From an uncultured Gemmatimonadales bacterium (lineage in GTDB: Bacteria; Gemmatimonadota; Gemmatimonadetes; Longimicrobiales; RSA9), in assembly GCA_963708135.1 (NCBI GenBank), contig OY970192.1:1312001-1376000 (forward strand): 64,000 bases of DNA. The letters are read 5' to 3'. Shown one piece after another: positions 1 through 10,034 of the stretch (position 1 is the stretch's first letter; every line of letters begins with the position of its first letter). Both the position numbers and the translations under genes were made by a program. The notes under the pieces were generated by a model. It searched no databases. It was not told the origin of the DNA and was given only the letters and a program-made list of their open reading frames with translations.

Positions 1-909
1 GAGGCCGCGGACTGGGTGCTCCAGCATGCCCCCGCCAGCCCGGCCGTGGCCGCGGCGCGCTGTGCCATCTGCCACGCCCGTGAGAGCTGCGAGCGCTGCC
101 ACATGAACGCCGCCTCGATCCCGGCCATCCAGGCGCTCGCGCGCGACCGACGTGTGGCCGCGCTGCTCCGCGACCGCGCGCCCAGCTATCCCCGACCTCC
201 GAGCCACGGGAGCGGCAGCTGGGACTGGAAGCACGGCGCGGCGGCGGCCGGCGGGGCGGCTGGGCGCGAAGCCTCCGCATCGACCGCCGCCGGCTGCAGC
301 GACTGCCATGCCCGGGCGAGCTGCCGTGCGTGTCACCGGGACGGCAGCACGCCCGCGATCGAGGCGCTCCCGGAGCCCGGCGGCCGCCGGCCGGCCGGTG
401 TCAGCGTCGCGCCCCGACCGGTCCATGCCGCCGGCTTTCTGAAGGACCATCCGACGCAGGCGGCCGCGGGTGTCGCGTGCGCCGCCTGCCACACCCGGAG
501 TTTCTGCGTGGACTGCCACCAGGGACAGAAGGCCGGCTACCACGCCCCGAACTTCGTCGAGCAGCACGGCCCCGAGGCGTACGCGAACGACACGCAATGC
601 TCGGAGTGCCACAGCAACGAGGCCTTCTGTCGTACCTGCCACCTGCGCACGGGGCAGGGGGCCCGCACCCGCAACGGCGCGGCCTTCCACGGCGAGCAAC
701 CGCTGTGGCTGCTGAGCCATGGCCAGGCGGCGCGGCAGGGACTCGAAGCCTGCACCGCCTGCCACACCCAGACCAGCTGCGCGGAGTGCCACTCCGCAGC
801 CGGTGGCTGGGGCGTCAACCCGCACCCGGCGAATTTCGACGCCAGACGCGCCCGCGAACGAAACCCCTCGAGCTGTCTGCACTGCCACGCGGAGCTGCCC
901 AATGACTAG
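1..909 (+). CDS. Multiheme cytochrome c, 5'-truncated by window edge (>=11 CxxCH); paralog of 21382..22869
   Basis: Frame open from base 1; motifs CAICH, CERCH, CSDCH, CRACH, CAACH, CVDCH, CSECH, CRTCH, CTACH, CAECH, CLHCH. Confidence 0.9.
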   Translation, partial: EAADWVLQHAPASPAVAAARCAICHARESCERCHMNAASIPAIQALARDRRVAALLRDRAPSYPRPPSHGSGSWDWKHGAAAAGGAAGREASASTAAGCSDCHARASCRACHRDGSTPAIEALPEPGGRRPAGVSVAPRPVHAAGFLKDHPTQAAAGVACAACHTRSFCVDCHQGQKAGYHAPNFVEQHGPEAYANDTQCSECHSNEAFCRTCHLRTGQGARTRNGAAFHGEQPLWLLSHGQAARQGLEACTACHTQTSCAECHSAAGGWGVNPHPANFDARRARERNPSSCLHCHAELPND

Positions 910-2266
910 ACGCGTGGAGAACGCGGAGCGCCGCTCCTCGCGCAGCTCCTGGCACGGATCCCTGCGGCGCGGGGCGCTCGCGGCGTGGATGCTCCTCCTC
1001 CTGCTCGTGCCCGTGCTGGCGCGCGCCCAGGAGAAGCCCACCGCCGACAGGTGCATCGCGTGCCATCGGAAGCTCCCGGAGGAACGCCTTTCCGCGCCCG
1101 CCCGGACGTTCTCCGACGACATCCACTCCCAGAAGGGTCTCGGTTGTCTGGCCTGTCACGGCCTCGTGGCGCAGCACGGCGGCGATCCGCGAAACATCGT
1201 GCCCGGAACGGGCTTCCTCACCAGGCCCGCGCGGCGCGACATTCCGGCCCTTTGCGGCCGTTGCCACTCCGATGCGGCGTTCATGAAGCGCTACGACCCG
1301 ATGCTCCGTGTCGACCAGGTCGCGGAGTACCGGAGCTCCGTGCACGGCAGACGGCTCTTCGAGGACGGCGACACGGCCGTGGCGACCTGTATCGACTGCC
1401 ATCCCGCGCACCGCATCCTGGCGCCCTCGGAGCCCGCCTCGTCGGTGTATCCTACGCATGTGGCCGACACCTGCGGCCGCTGCCACTCCGATCCCGCACG
1501 CATGGCCGCCTACGGCCTGCCGACCGACCAGGCGAAGAAGTGGCGCGCCAGCGTGCACGGAGAGCAGATGCTGAAGAAGGGCGACACCTCCGCGCCCACC
1601 TGCAACGACTGCCACGGCAATCACGGCGCCGTGCCGCCCGGCGTCTCGGACGTCCCGCACGTGTGCGGCCAGTGTCATTCGACCATCGCCGAGCTGTTCG
1701 CCGGAAATGGACACGACAGCATCTTCGTCGCCGGCAAGCTGCCGGGTTGCGTCACCTGCCATAGCAACCACGAGATCGAGCAGCCGAGCGATTCCCTGCT
1801 CGTCGTGCGGGCGCGCACCGTGTGCGGCCGCTGCCACCGGTCGGGCGACCCGGCAGGGCGACAGTTCCTCGTGATGCGGTTGCTGGTGGACACGCTGGGC
1901 GCCGCGCGCGCCCGGGCGCAGGCCGTGCTCACCCGGGCGGACAACCTCGGCATGGACGTCAGCCAGGCGCAGTTCGAGCTGAGTGACGTGACCAACGCAC
2001 TGACAAAGGCCCGCAACGCGATCCACTCCTTCCGGGCCGACTCGGTGGCCGCCCAGGTCTCCGCGGGCCTGAAGACCGCCGACCACGCCGCCCGCCAGGG
2101 CCGAGCGGCGCTCGCGGAGCACCGCTTCCGCCGTGTCGGGCTCGGGCTCTCCGTGCCCGTCATCCTCGGCCTCGCCGGCGGACTCTGGCTCCGCCTGCGG
2201 ACCCTCGAGGGCGAATCCGAAGACGATGAGGACGACGGCCACCACCCACGTGGCCAGGAGCGCTGA
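902..2266 (+). CDS. Membrane-anchored nonaheme cytochrome c, partner of Rieske/cyt b
   Basis: ATG at 902 overlaps upstream stop; signal peptide ...VLARA; 9 CxxCH; helical C-terminal region followed by a TM helix (VGLGLSVPVILGLAGGLWL). Confidence 0.88.
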   Translation: MTRRVENAERRSSRSSWHGSLRRGALAAWMLLLLLVPVLARAQEKPTADRCIACHRKLPEERLSAPARTFSDDIHSQKGLGCLACHGLVAQHGGDPRNIVPGTGFLTRPARRDIPALCGRCHSDAAFMKRYDPMLRVDQVAEYRSSVHGRRLFEDGDTAVATCIDCHPAHRILAPSEPASSVYPTHVADTCGRCHSDPARMAAYGLPTDQAKKWRASVHGEQMLKKGDTSAPTCNDCHGNHGAVPPGVSDVPHVCGQCHSTIAELFAGNGHDSIFVAGKLPGCVTCHSNHEIEQPSDSLLVVRARTVCGRCHRSGDPAGRQFLVMRLLVDTLGAARARAQAVLTRADNLGMDVSQAQFELSDVTNALTKARNAIHSFRADSVAAQVSAGLKTADHAARQGRAALAEHRFRRVGLGLSVPVILGLAGGLWLRLRTLEGESEDDEDDGHHPRGQER

Positions 2267-2268
2267 TC

Positions 2269-2742
2269 ATGTGCGACTGTCAGAACGCCCCCCCCGCACC
2301 GCCGCCGCCGCTGCTCTCCCGCAAGCGGTTCATCGACTGGCTGCTGGGCACGACCTTCGGTGGCCTCGTCGTCGCCGTCGCCTATCCGGTGCTGCGCTAC
2401 ATCGTGCCCCCGGAGGCGGGCGAGGCCTCCCTCAACTCGGTGACGCTCCCGGTCAAGGCCTCGCAGGTGGCCGCCAACTCCGGCCAGATCTTCAAGTTCG
2501 GCAACAAGCCGGGCATCCTCATCCGCACCCCGTCGGGCGAGCTGCGCGCGTTCACCGCGGTCTGCACGCATCTCGGCTGCATCGTGCAGTACGACAGCGC
2601 CCATTCCGACATCTGGTGCGCCTGCCACAATGGCCACTATGACACCACCGGGCGGAACGTCTCGGGCCCGCCGCCCAAGCCGCTCTCGCCCTACGCCGTC
2701 AACGTGCGCGGCGACGAGATCGTCGTCAGCAGGGAGGCCTAG
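2269..2742 (+). CDS. Rieske [2Fe-2S] subunit of a Rieske/cytochrome b complex
   Basis: CTHLGC and CACHNG boxes; GPPPKPL; N-terminal Tat-like SRKRFI plus TM helix. Confidence 0.93.
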   Translation: MCDCQNAPPAPPPPLLSRKRFIDWLLGTTFGGLVVAVAYPVLRYIVPPEAGEASLNSVTLPVKASQVAANSGQIFKFGNKPGILIRTPSGELRAFTAVCTHLGCIVQYDSAHSDIWCACHNGHYDTTGRNVSGPPPKPLSPYAVNVRGDEIVVSREA

Positions 2743-2743
2743 C

Positions 2744-3826
2744 ATGGAGGATCCACGCCGCGGCCTCGCCGCCCGCCTCCAGGCCTGGCTGGACGACCGC
2801 ATCGGCTTCAGCGCCCTCCTGCCGCTGATCCGCAAGAAGCGGGTCCCGGTGCACCGCCATTCGATCTGGTACTTCCTCGGCGGCATGGTGCTCTTCCTGT
2901 TCATCCTCCAGGTGTGCACCGGCATCCTCATGCTGTTCTACTACCGCCCGAGCGCCGAGCAGGCCTACGACTCCGTGCAGTTCCTGATGACCCAGGCGAG
3001 ATTCGGCTGGCTCATCCGCTCCATCCACGCCTGGGGCGCCAATCTCATGATCTTCGTGCTGTTCCTCCACATGTTCAGCGTCTGGTTCCTGAGAGCCTAT
3101 CGCGCCCCCCGGGAGCTGACGTGGATGAGCGGCCTCGGTCTCCTCGGTGTCGTCCTCGGTCTGAGCTTCACCGGCTATCTCCTGCCCTGGAACACCCTGT
3201 CCTACTTCGCCACCCGTATCGGAACCTCCATGCCCGGCGTACTCCCCGGCATCGGGCCCTTCATCCAGCGCATGATGCGCGGCGGCGACGACGTGAGCGG
3301 CGCGACCCTGACCCGCTTCTACGCGCTCCACACCTCCGTCCTTCCCGGCCTCACCTTCCTCCTGCTGGGACTCCATGTCCTGCTCGTCCAGCGCCACGGG
3401 ATGAGCGTGCCCCGGAGCGTCGAACGGAAGGGACCGCCCCGCTCCGTCCCCTTCGTCCCCGACTTCCTGCTCCACGACCTCATCGGCTGGCTCCTCGCCC
3501 TCGCCGCCATCGCCGCCCTCGCCGTCTTCTTCCCCGCCGAGCTCGGCACCAAGGCCGATCCCTTCAGCCCCGCCCCCGCCGGGATCAAGCCCGAATGGTA
3601 CTTCCTCGCGCCCTACCAGACGCTCAAGTACCTCCCCGCCACCATCCTCGGCATCGCTGGCGACGCGCTCGGCGTTATCGTCTTCGGCCTCGCTGCCGGC
3701 CTGCTCGTCTTCCTCCCGTTCCTGGACCGCCCGCGCAGCGGCGAATACACCCCCTTCTGGCGCGTCGTGGCCTTCCTCACCCTCGCCTACCTCATCGTCT
3801 TCACCTACCTCGGACTGAGCTCCTGA
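2744..3826 (+). CDS. Cytochrome b (bc/b6-type; N-terminal part and subunit-IV-like part fused)
   Basis: GWLIRSIHAWGAN, FTGYLLPW, TLTRFYALH and PEWY motifs. Confidence 0.93.
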   Translation: MEDPRRGLAARLQAWLDDRIGFSALLPLIRKKRVPVHRHSIWYFLGGMVLFLFILQVCTGILMLFYYRPSAEQAYDSVQFLMTQARFGWLIRSIHAWGANLMIFVLFLHMFSVWFLRAYRAPRELTWMSGLGLLGVVLGLSFTGYLLPWNTLSYFATRIGTSMPGVLPGIGPFIQRMMRGGDDVSGATLTRFYALHTSVLPGLTFLLLGLHVLLVQRHGMSVPRSVERKGPPRSVPFVPDFLLHDLIGWLLALAAIAALAVFFPAELGTKADPFSPAPAGIKPEWYFLAPYQTLKYLPATILGIAGDALGVIVFGLAAGLLVFLPFLDRPRSGEYTPFWRVVAFLTLAYLIVFTYLGLSS

Positions 3827-4200
3827 GCCGCCGCTGAGCCCGCCGGCGCCACATTCCTGCCGCCGCCTCCTCGCGCCCATGCGGCGCGGTCGATCCAACC
3901 CCGCGACGGGGGCGCCTCGCCCCATCCGCCCCCTCACCAGGGGTCCTTCCGCGGCCGAGGACGATGGCTTGCCCTTTGCCCCTCTCCCTTCCCGAGATCC
4001 GTGGTTGGATCCCTTTCGAAAAGGCCGAAACACCGCGATGTCACGCGAAAAATTGTGCGGCGTGAGGCCCGCTCGAAGGCGCAGCCAGATCGGTTTGCGG
4101 GACAGTGCGCCCGAATACGCTGCGAGCGGCTGGGACAAATTGCCCGACGGAGGACGAGATGTCGATCGATCCACGAACCGAACGCGGGGAGGGCCCGGGA

Positions 4201-4311
4201 ATGAACCGTGGTGAAACGAGGCGACAGCCAATGGTGGCGTATGTCGCGATGGCGCTTTTTGCACTCGTAATGGCGGCGTTGCTGACGCCTGGCCTGACTT
4301 TGGGATTCTGA
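4201..4311 (+). CDS. Possible 36-aa single-TM small protein
   Basis: GGAGGG upstream of ATG 4201; hydrophobic MVAYVAMALFALVMAALL; stop lies 10 nt before the next gene. Confidence 0.3.
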   Translation: MNRGETRRQPMVAYVAMALFALVMAALLTPGLTLGF

Positions 4312-4321
4312 GGATACCGAC

Positions 4322-5800
4322 ATGATACCAGACTTCAAGCGACATATCGGCGTCTGCGTGGCCGCCGTCCTTGTGGCGTTGGCGGTGACGGGGTGCGTGG
4401 ACGAGAAGAAGGTGTTCGTGGAGCGTCCGCTGTTCGAGCAGCCGTCGGCGTCCGCCGCCGGCTTCATCGGCTACACGGACACGACGACGCAGAAGACGGT
4501 GTGTGGCAACTGCCACGTGGATCATCAGGCGGAATGGACGCAGACGAAGCACGCGTCGGCCTGGGTCGATCTGCAGGCGAGCGGCCATGCCTCGGCCACG
4601 TGCGAGCCGTGCCACACCGTGAACTCGCAGGGCAACGCGGTCACGGATCCGAACGTCGGGTTCGTGGCCACGAAGGACCCGCGCTACCACGACGTGCAGT
4701 GCGAGGCGTGCCATGGGCCTGGCCTGGATCACGTCACGACGCCGGACGGCAACACCGCGCCGCTGGCCTCGATCGCGGCGGACAGCGGGATGACGAACGG
4801 CTGCGCCGAGTGCCACACCGGCACGCACCATCCGTTCGTGGAGGAGTGGCAGAAGTCGAAGCATGCGACGCTCGAGCCGCACGTGCGCGACGGCATCATC
4901 GCGGGCACGGACCGCTCCGAGTGCCTCAAGTGCCACTCGGCCCAGGGCGCGCTCAAGCAGTGGGGCGTGACGAGCAACTACCTGGAGAAGAACGCCGCGC
5001 CGCAGGACTATCTTGGCATCACGTGCGCGGTGTGCCACGATCCGCACAGCGACAAGAACGTCGGCCAGCTGCGTTTCTCGATCGGCGCGCAGGACACGGC
5101 CACGAACCTTTGCATGAAGTGCCACCAGCGCGAGGGTGAGGCGAGCCCGACCAACTCCCGTGGTCCGCACTCGCCCGAGGGCCCACTGCTGCTCGGCGAG
5201 GCCGGCTGGTTCCCGCCCAACCTGATCGCCCAGGGGATCGTCCCGGGCAGCATCAAGGGCACCCACGGCTCGGAGGCCAATCCGGGGCTGTGCGCCACCT
5301 GCCACGTGAGCAGCTTCACGGTCACCGATCCCACGATCGGCGGCACGTTCACGGCCACGGGGCACCTGTTCTCGGCCACGCCGTGCATCGATCCGACGAC
5401 GAACCGGCCGACCACGGATGAGAGCTGTGACATCACGCAGCGCAGCTTCAAGGCCTGCACGGCCAGCGGCTGCCACGGCTCGGAGGCGGTCGCCCGTTCC
5501 GCGGAGCAGACGGCGCGCATCCGCATCCAGAACCTCGTCGATGAGGCCTACCGCCTCGTCGCGCTGGCTCCGGCGTCGGAGTTCAGCACGACGGATGGCA
5601 AGGTCACGACGGCGGAGGGCACCAAGTTCAACGCGCAGCTGGGTGATGAGGCGAACAAGCCCGGCAGCGTCGTTCACAACCCGTTCCTGGTCGAGACGCT
5701 GCTCACGGCCAGCATCAAGCAGATGCAGACGGACTACGGCCTCACGGCCGCGCCCGGCATCTCGCTGCAGAACGTTCTCAAGCAGCCCGGGATGAAGTAG
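4322..5800 (+). CDS. Multiheme cytochrome c lipoprotein (8 CxxCH + 1 CxxxGCH)
   Basis: RBS GAGGA; lipobox VTG-C; C-terminal helical region with VHNPFL. Confidence 0.9.
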   Translation: MIPDFKRHIGVCVAAVLVALAVTGCVDEKKVFVERPLFEQPSASAAGFIGYTDTTTQKTVCGNCHVDHQAEWTQTKHASAWVDLQASGHASATCEPCHTVNSQGNAVTDPNVGFVATKDPRYHDVQCEACHGPGLDHVTTPDGNTAPLASIAADSGMTNGCAECHTGTHHPFVEEWQKSKHATLEPHVRDGIIAGTDRSECLKCHSAQGALKQWGVTSNYLEKNAAPQDYLGITCAVCHDPHSDKNVGQLRFSIGAQDTATNLCMKCHQREGEASPTNSRGPHSPEGPLLLGEAGWFPPNLIAQGIVPGSIKGTHGSEANPGLCATCHVSSFTVTDPTIGGTFTATGHLFSATPCIDPTTNRPTTDESCDITQRSFKACTASGCHGSEAVARSAEQTARIRIQNLVDEAYRLVALAPASEFSTTDGKVTTAEGTKFNAQLGDEANKPGSVVHNPFLVETLLTASIKQMQTDYGLTAAPGISLQNVLKQPGMK

Positions 5801-6021
5801 CCGGCAAGGCCGGCGATCGGGCGGCGTCGTTCGTGCCGCCCGAGCCGCCGGCCCGAAGATCGATCGACATGGAACGGCCGGGCCGGCGCAGGATCGCCGG
5901 TCCGGCCGTTCCATGTGCGGGGCAGCGCCTCTTGCTCCGGCAGCACGCTCGTTCCCGACCCGAGGAGGATCCGTGATCCGGCCCCGAGCGCGCGGAGATC
6001 AACCGCGGCACCGGCGGGCTC

Positions 6022-6069
<48 letters not shown>

Positions 6070-6436
6070 GGCCACTGCGGGGGCACTGCGGGTGGGGCGG
6101 GGTGGCGGGTGCGTCGGCAGGGCGGGCGGCCGGGCGCCGGGCGCCGGGCGGACGGGGCTCCCGCCGGGCGGATGGCGCGGTCTGCGGCCGGCGCCGGATC
6201 GGGAACGGTGGGGCCGCGCTCGCAAGCGTTCCCCACCCGCCGTTCTCACCACCGGTTGTAAACTGGACAGGAGCGACGGTTTGAAAATGGACACTCCCGT
6301 CGAGGAGGTGAAGTCGAGGGCCGAAGCGCCGCAGGCGCGGGAGGCCACGTTGACAGGGAGATGAACGAAGCCCTCGCAGTGCGTAGAATCGGGGCGTCAG
6401 CTTAAAGACGTTCCCGAGCACCGGAGGGCTCCGCCA

Positions 6437-7753
6437 GTGATCCTACGGGAGAGGTCCATGCAGATCAAGTTCCTGGCCCGCGAGGGCATGCAGAAGAGTC
6501 GGATTGCCGAGCGGCTGGGCGTCAGCCGCCAGACCGTCTACAACCACCTGAAGCGAAAGGAGGGAGAGCCGTTTCCGAAACCGCGATCGAAACGGGTCTC
6601 GAAGCTGGAGCCGTTCAAGGAGCACATCCGGGCGCGGCTGGAGTGCTTCGATCTGCCGGCCACGGTGCTCGTCCAGGAGATCCGGGCGCAGGGCTATCGT
6701 GGCGGACTGACGCTGCTGCGGGAGTTCGTGCGCCCGCTGAAGCAGGAGTTCGTGCGGCGGGTGACGGAGCGCTTCGAGACGCTGCCGGGGCAGCAGGCCC
6801 AGATCGACTGGGGGGAGTGCGGCAGCATCGAGGTGGGCGGCGAGCGCCGGACGCTCTACGTCTTCGTCATGGTGCTGGGCTACAGCCGGATGATGTACGC
6901 GCGCTTCACGACCAGCTCGAAGCTGCCGGTGCTGCTGGCCTGTCTCGTTCGTGCCTTCAATGCGCTCGGCATCCCGAAGGAGATCCTGGTCGACAACATG
7001 AAGCAGGCGGTCGAGCAGCACGACGTCACCACCGGCACGGTGCGCTGGAACAAGGGCTTCCTGGATTTCGCCGAGCACCACGGCTTCCTTCCGGTGGCGA
7101 GCCCACCGTACTGGCCACGGGTGAAGGGGAAGGTCGAGCGGGGCGTGGGCTACCTCAAGACCTCGTTCCTGGAGGGCCGCACCTTCACCGACCTCGAGGA
7201 CCTGAACCGGCAGCTTGCGGTCTGGCTGGACACGGTGGCCAACGTGCGGATCCACGGCACCACCGGGCAGCGGCCGATCGACCGCCATGCGCTCGAGCTC
7301 GCGCACCTGCGGCCACTCGCAGCCGTGCCGGCCTACGACGTGCGCCCGGTGGAGCTCCGTACGGTCCCCTCCGACAGCCACATCAGCTACGGCGGGGTGC
7401 GCTACAGCGTGGATCCCATCGCGGTGGGTGGCACGGTGGTGGTCCGCTCGGAAGGGGGCGCGGTGGGAGACGCCTTCTCGGTCTACTTCGGTGCGCACCT
7501 GGTCGCGTGCCATCGGAGAAGGCCCAGCGGCTCGCCCCGCGTGACCCTGCCCGAACACGCGGCGCAGATCCGACGCCTCACGCGCGGCAGCGCCGAAGCG
7601 GCCGCTCGCCGCCGAGGCCATCAGCCAAGCTACGTACAGGTGGGCCAAGGCGGAGGCATTCTCTTGCTGGAGCGGATCCAGCGCTCGGCTCCGCAGGTCC
7701 AGGTGCAGCCGCTCTCGGCGTATGAGCGCCTCCTCGGGGACGGTGCGGCGTGA
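6437..7753 (+). CDS. istA: IS21 DDE transposase
   Basis: N-terminal HTH; FETLPGQQAQIDWG, LVDNMK and KGKVERGV motifs. Confidence 0.95.
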   Translation: MILRERSMQIKFLAREGMQKSRIAERLGVSRQTVYNHLKRKEGEPFPKPRSKRVSKLEPFKEHIRARLECFDLPATVLVQEIRAQGYRGGLTLLREFVRPLKQEFVRRVTERFETLPGQQAQIDWGECGSIEVGGERRTLYVFVMVLGYSRMMYARFTTSSKLPVLLACLVRAFNALGIPKEILVDNMKQAVEQHDVTTGTVRWNKGFLDFAEHHGFLPVASPPYWPRVKGKVERGVGYLKTSFLEGRTFTDLEDLNRQLAVWLDTVANVRIHGTTGQRPIDRHALELAHLRPLAAVPAYDVRPVELRTVPSDSHISYGGVRYSVDPIAVGGTVVVRSEGGAVGDAFSVYFGAHLVACHRRRPSGSPRVTLPEHAAQIRRLTRGSAEAAARRRGHQPSYVQVGQGGGILLLERIQRSAPQVQVQPLSAYERLLGDGAA

Positions 7754-8520
7754 GTGCGGCCGTGAGCTATGAGCGGGTGCGGGACCAGCTCGGGCGCCTG
7801 AAGCTCGAGTCCGCGCTTGCCTCCCTGGACAGCGTCCTCGAGCAGGGGCAGAAGCAGGAGCAGCTCCCGGTTGAAGTGCTCGATGAGCTGCTCGGCCGCG
7901 AGCTCGCCACCCGCTTCGAGCGCCGCGTCAGCACCAACCTGAAGCTCAGCGGCATTCCGGCACCCAAGACCCTGGAGAGCTTCGACTTCGACGCCCAGCC
8001 CTCCGTGCCGAAGGAGGTCATCCGGGAGCTCGCCACGCTGCGCTTTCTCCATCAGGGCGAGAACGTCGTGTTCCTCGGGCCCTGCGGGGTCGGCAAGAGC
8101 CACCTGGCCGTGGCCCTCGCGATCCGGGCGATCGAGCGCGGGCACCGCGCCTACTTCCTCAGCCTCCACGAGCTGGTGACCCGCTCCCGCGTGGCGCGCG
8201 AGAAGAACCGCCTCGACATCCTCCTGCGCGTCATCATCCGCGCCGATCTCTTCCTGCTCGACGAGGTGGGATACCTCCCGCTCGAGAGCGAGGACGCCAC
8301 CTTCCTCTTCGAGGCCGTAAGCCGCCGCTACGAGGCCAACAAGTCGATCCTCCTCACCAGCAACAAGAGCTACGGGCAGTGGGACGAGATCTTTCCGGAT
8401 CCGGTCCTCGCCACCGCGCTCCTGGACCGGCTGCTGCACCACGCCACCACCATCAACATCCGCGGCGAGAGCTATCGTCTCCGCAACCGCCGCGGCGCCG
8501 GCCTCACCACCACCCACTGA
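7750..8520 (+). CDS. istB: IS21 helper AAA+ ATPase
   Basis: GPCGVGKS Walker A; LLDEVGY; TSN; LLDRLLHH; GESYR. Confidence 0.95.
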   Translation: MSAAVSYERVRDQLGRLKLESALASLDSVLEQGQKQEQLPVEVLDELLGRELATRFERRVSTNLKLSGIPAPKTLESFDFDAQPSVPKEVIRELATLRFLHQGENVVFLGPCGVGKSHLAVALAIRAIERGHRAYFLSLHELVTRSRVAREKNRLDILLRVIIRADLFLLDEVGYLPLESEDATFLFEAVSRRYEANKSILLTSNKSYGQWDEIFPDPVLATALLDRLLHHATTINIRGESYRLRNRRGAGLTTTH

Positions 8521-8678
8521 GAGAGGAGATCCCCCATGCCGCGTTAGCGCCAAGACCGACGGAAGTGTCCAATTCTAAACCGTTGGACCTGTCAACTTCT
8601 CAACCGGCCTTGACACCGTTCCCCCGCTGTGTCCCAACCCCCGCCCGCACCCGCGCCCGCTGTTGCTCCCCGACGGGC

Positions 8679-10034
8679 TCAGCGTCCTTCGCGCCCCACC
8701 ACCGCCCGGTGGAAGTCCGCGGGCATGCGGTCGTAGTCCCAGGCCTCGTTCGAGCCGTAGTGGCAGTACGAGCAGAGCCCCTGGTGTGGCGCCGGGCCGA
8801 AGCTCGGCGGCGCCGGCGCCGCACGGCCCGCGAGGCGGTAGGCCTGCGCGGCGCGCTCGACGCTGGTCCGGAGCACGCGGTCGCTGAGCTCCAGGTTGTG
8901 CTGTCCGCCGGCCTTCTCCACGATGGCCAGCATCGTCGTGGCGCTGCCGAGCAGGGACTTCACCGTGTCGGCGCTCACGCCGGCCAGGCTCCTGCGCGCC
9001 TGGTCGGTGTAGCGCCTGGCCTCGGCCGTGCGGGCGCGCGTGCCGTCCAGCCACCACCGCAGCACCGTCGTGTACTCCTGCCGGTGGCAGCCCGCGCAGG
9101 AGCGCGCCTGTCCCTTGATGGCGACGTCGGCCGCGGTCGCGGCGCCGGGCTGTGGCGGCACGTGGCAGGAGCGGCACGTCATGCCGGCCACGAACTTCCG
9201 GCTGGGTGAGGCCGGCAGCCCCGGCACCAGCCCGAGCAGCAGCCGCTGCTGCGCCTGGTGGACGTCGCCGTGGCAGCTCTCGCAGTAGCTCGGTCCGGTG
9301 GAATCGGCCGCCAGGGAGACCTCGTGCGCCCGCTGGTGGCAGTCGCCACAGCGGAGCACGACGGCGGAGCTCATGGCCTGCACCCGGTGCAGGTCGGAGC
9401 TGTGGCATGACCTGCAGGCGATCCCCTCGTGCTGCGGGTGCACGTCCTTGCCGATCGCGGCCGCATCCACGGCCGCGGAGCTGCCGTGGCAGCCGCGGCA
9501 GCGCGAGGCGGCCACGGCCGTCGGCGGGGCGGAGACGTCGTAATGGCAGCGCACGCAGCCCGTCTCCAGCCAGGGCAGGGAGGAGTGCGGCACCGGTACG
9601 CCCTGGCTGGTCAGCGCGACGTGCTTCTCGTGCGCGTGGCAGAAGCGGCAGTCCTGGGGCTGCTTGGCCGCGATCCGGTCCACGTGGCAGAGGGCGCACG
9701 CGTCGGCCGAGGTCGTCAGCCGGTTCGTCCCCGGCGGATGCGTGTGGCACCCGGCGCACGACGGGGCGATGACGCCGTTCGGTGCGTGGTTCGCGTGCTT
9801 GAACTCGACGTCCCCGAGCGTGGCCTGCTGCGGGCCGCCATCGGTATGGCAGCCTGAGGCGGTGCACGCGGACGCCGGCACGGTAGCCGGCTGCGTCCCT
9901 ACCACGCGGCCCTGGTGGCACGCCGCACAGGCGAGCGCGCCGTGCGGCTCCGCCGCAGCGCGCGCGGCCGGCTCCGCCGGCTTGCACGCGGAGAGTGCGG
10001 CGAGAGCCGCGCAGATCAGCAGAGCTCGACCCAT
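8679..10034 (-). CDS. Multiheme cytochrome c lipoprotein (12 CxxCH + 1 CxxxGCH)
   Basis: MGRALLICAALAALSA-C lipobox; heme motifs counted in translation. Confidence 0.88.
   Translation of the reverse strand: MGRALLICAALAALSACKPAEPAARAAAEPHGALACAACHQGRVVGTQPATVPASACTASGCHTDGGPQQATLGDVEFKHANHAPNGVIAPSCAGCHTHPPGTNRLTTSADACALCHVDRIAAKQPQDCRFCHAHEKHVALTSQGVPVPHSSLPWLETGCVRCHYDVSAPPTAVAASRCRGCHGSSAAVDAAAIGKDVHPQHEGIACRSCHSSDLHRVQAMSSAVVLRCGDCHQRAHEVSLAADSTGPSYCESCHGDVHQAQQRLLLGLVPGLPASPSRKFVAGMTCRSCHVPPQPGAATAADVAIKGQARSCAGCHRQEYTTVLRWWLDGTRARTAEARRYTDQARRSLAGVSADTVKSLLGSATTMLAIVEKAGGQHNLELSDRVLRTSVERAAQAYRLAGRAAPAPPSFGPAPHQGLCSYCHYGSNEAWDYDRMPADFHRAVVGREGR

Larger units (their letters stand above)
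6244..8615 (+). mobile_element. IS21-family insertion sequence
   Basis: istA+istB; ~59-bp imperfect terminal IRs (left TCTCACCACCGGTTG...GGACACTCCCGTCG; right reverse complement TGTCAAGGCCGGTTG...GGACACTTCCGTCG); CCGT duplicated at 6240-6243 and 8616-8619. Confidence 0.92.

Noticed and set aside
2726..5914. Very long antisense or alternate-frame ORFs (e.g. 2726..5914-, 28268..31480+, 57623..60790-)
   Set aside because: Shadow ORFs expected at this GC content; they overlap well-supported genes and have no motifs
6350..6389. TTGACA...TAGAAT inside the IS left end as a sigma70 promoter
   Set aside because: Spacing about 28 nt, too long
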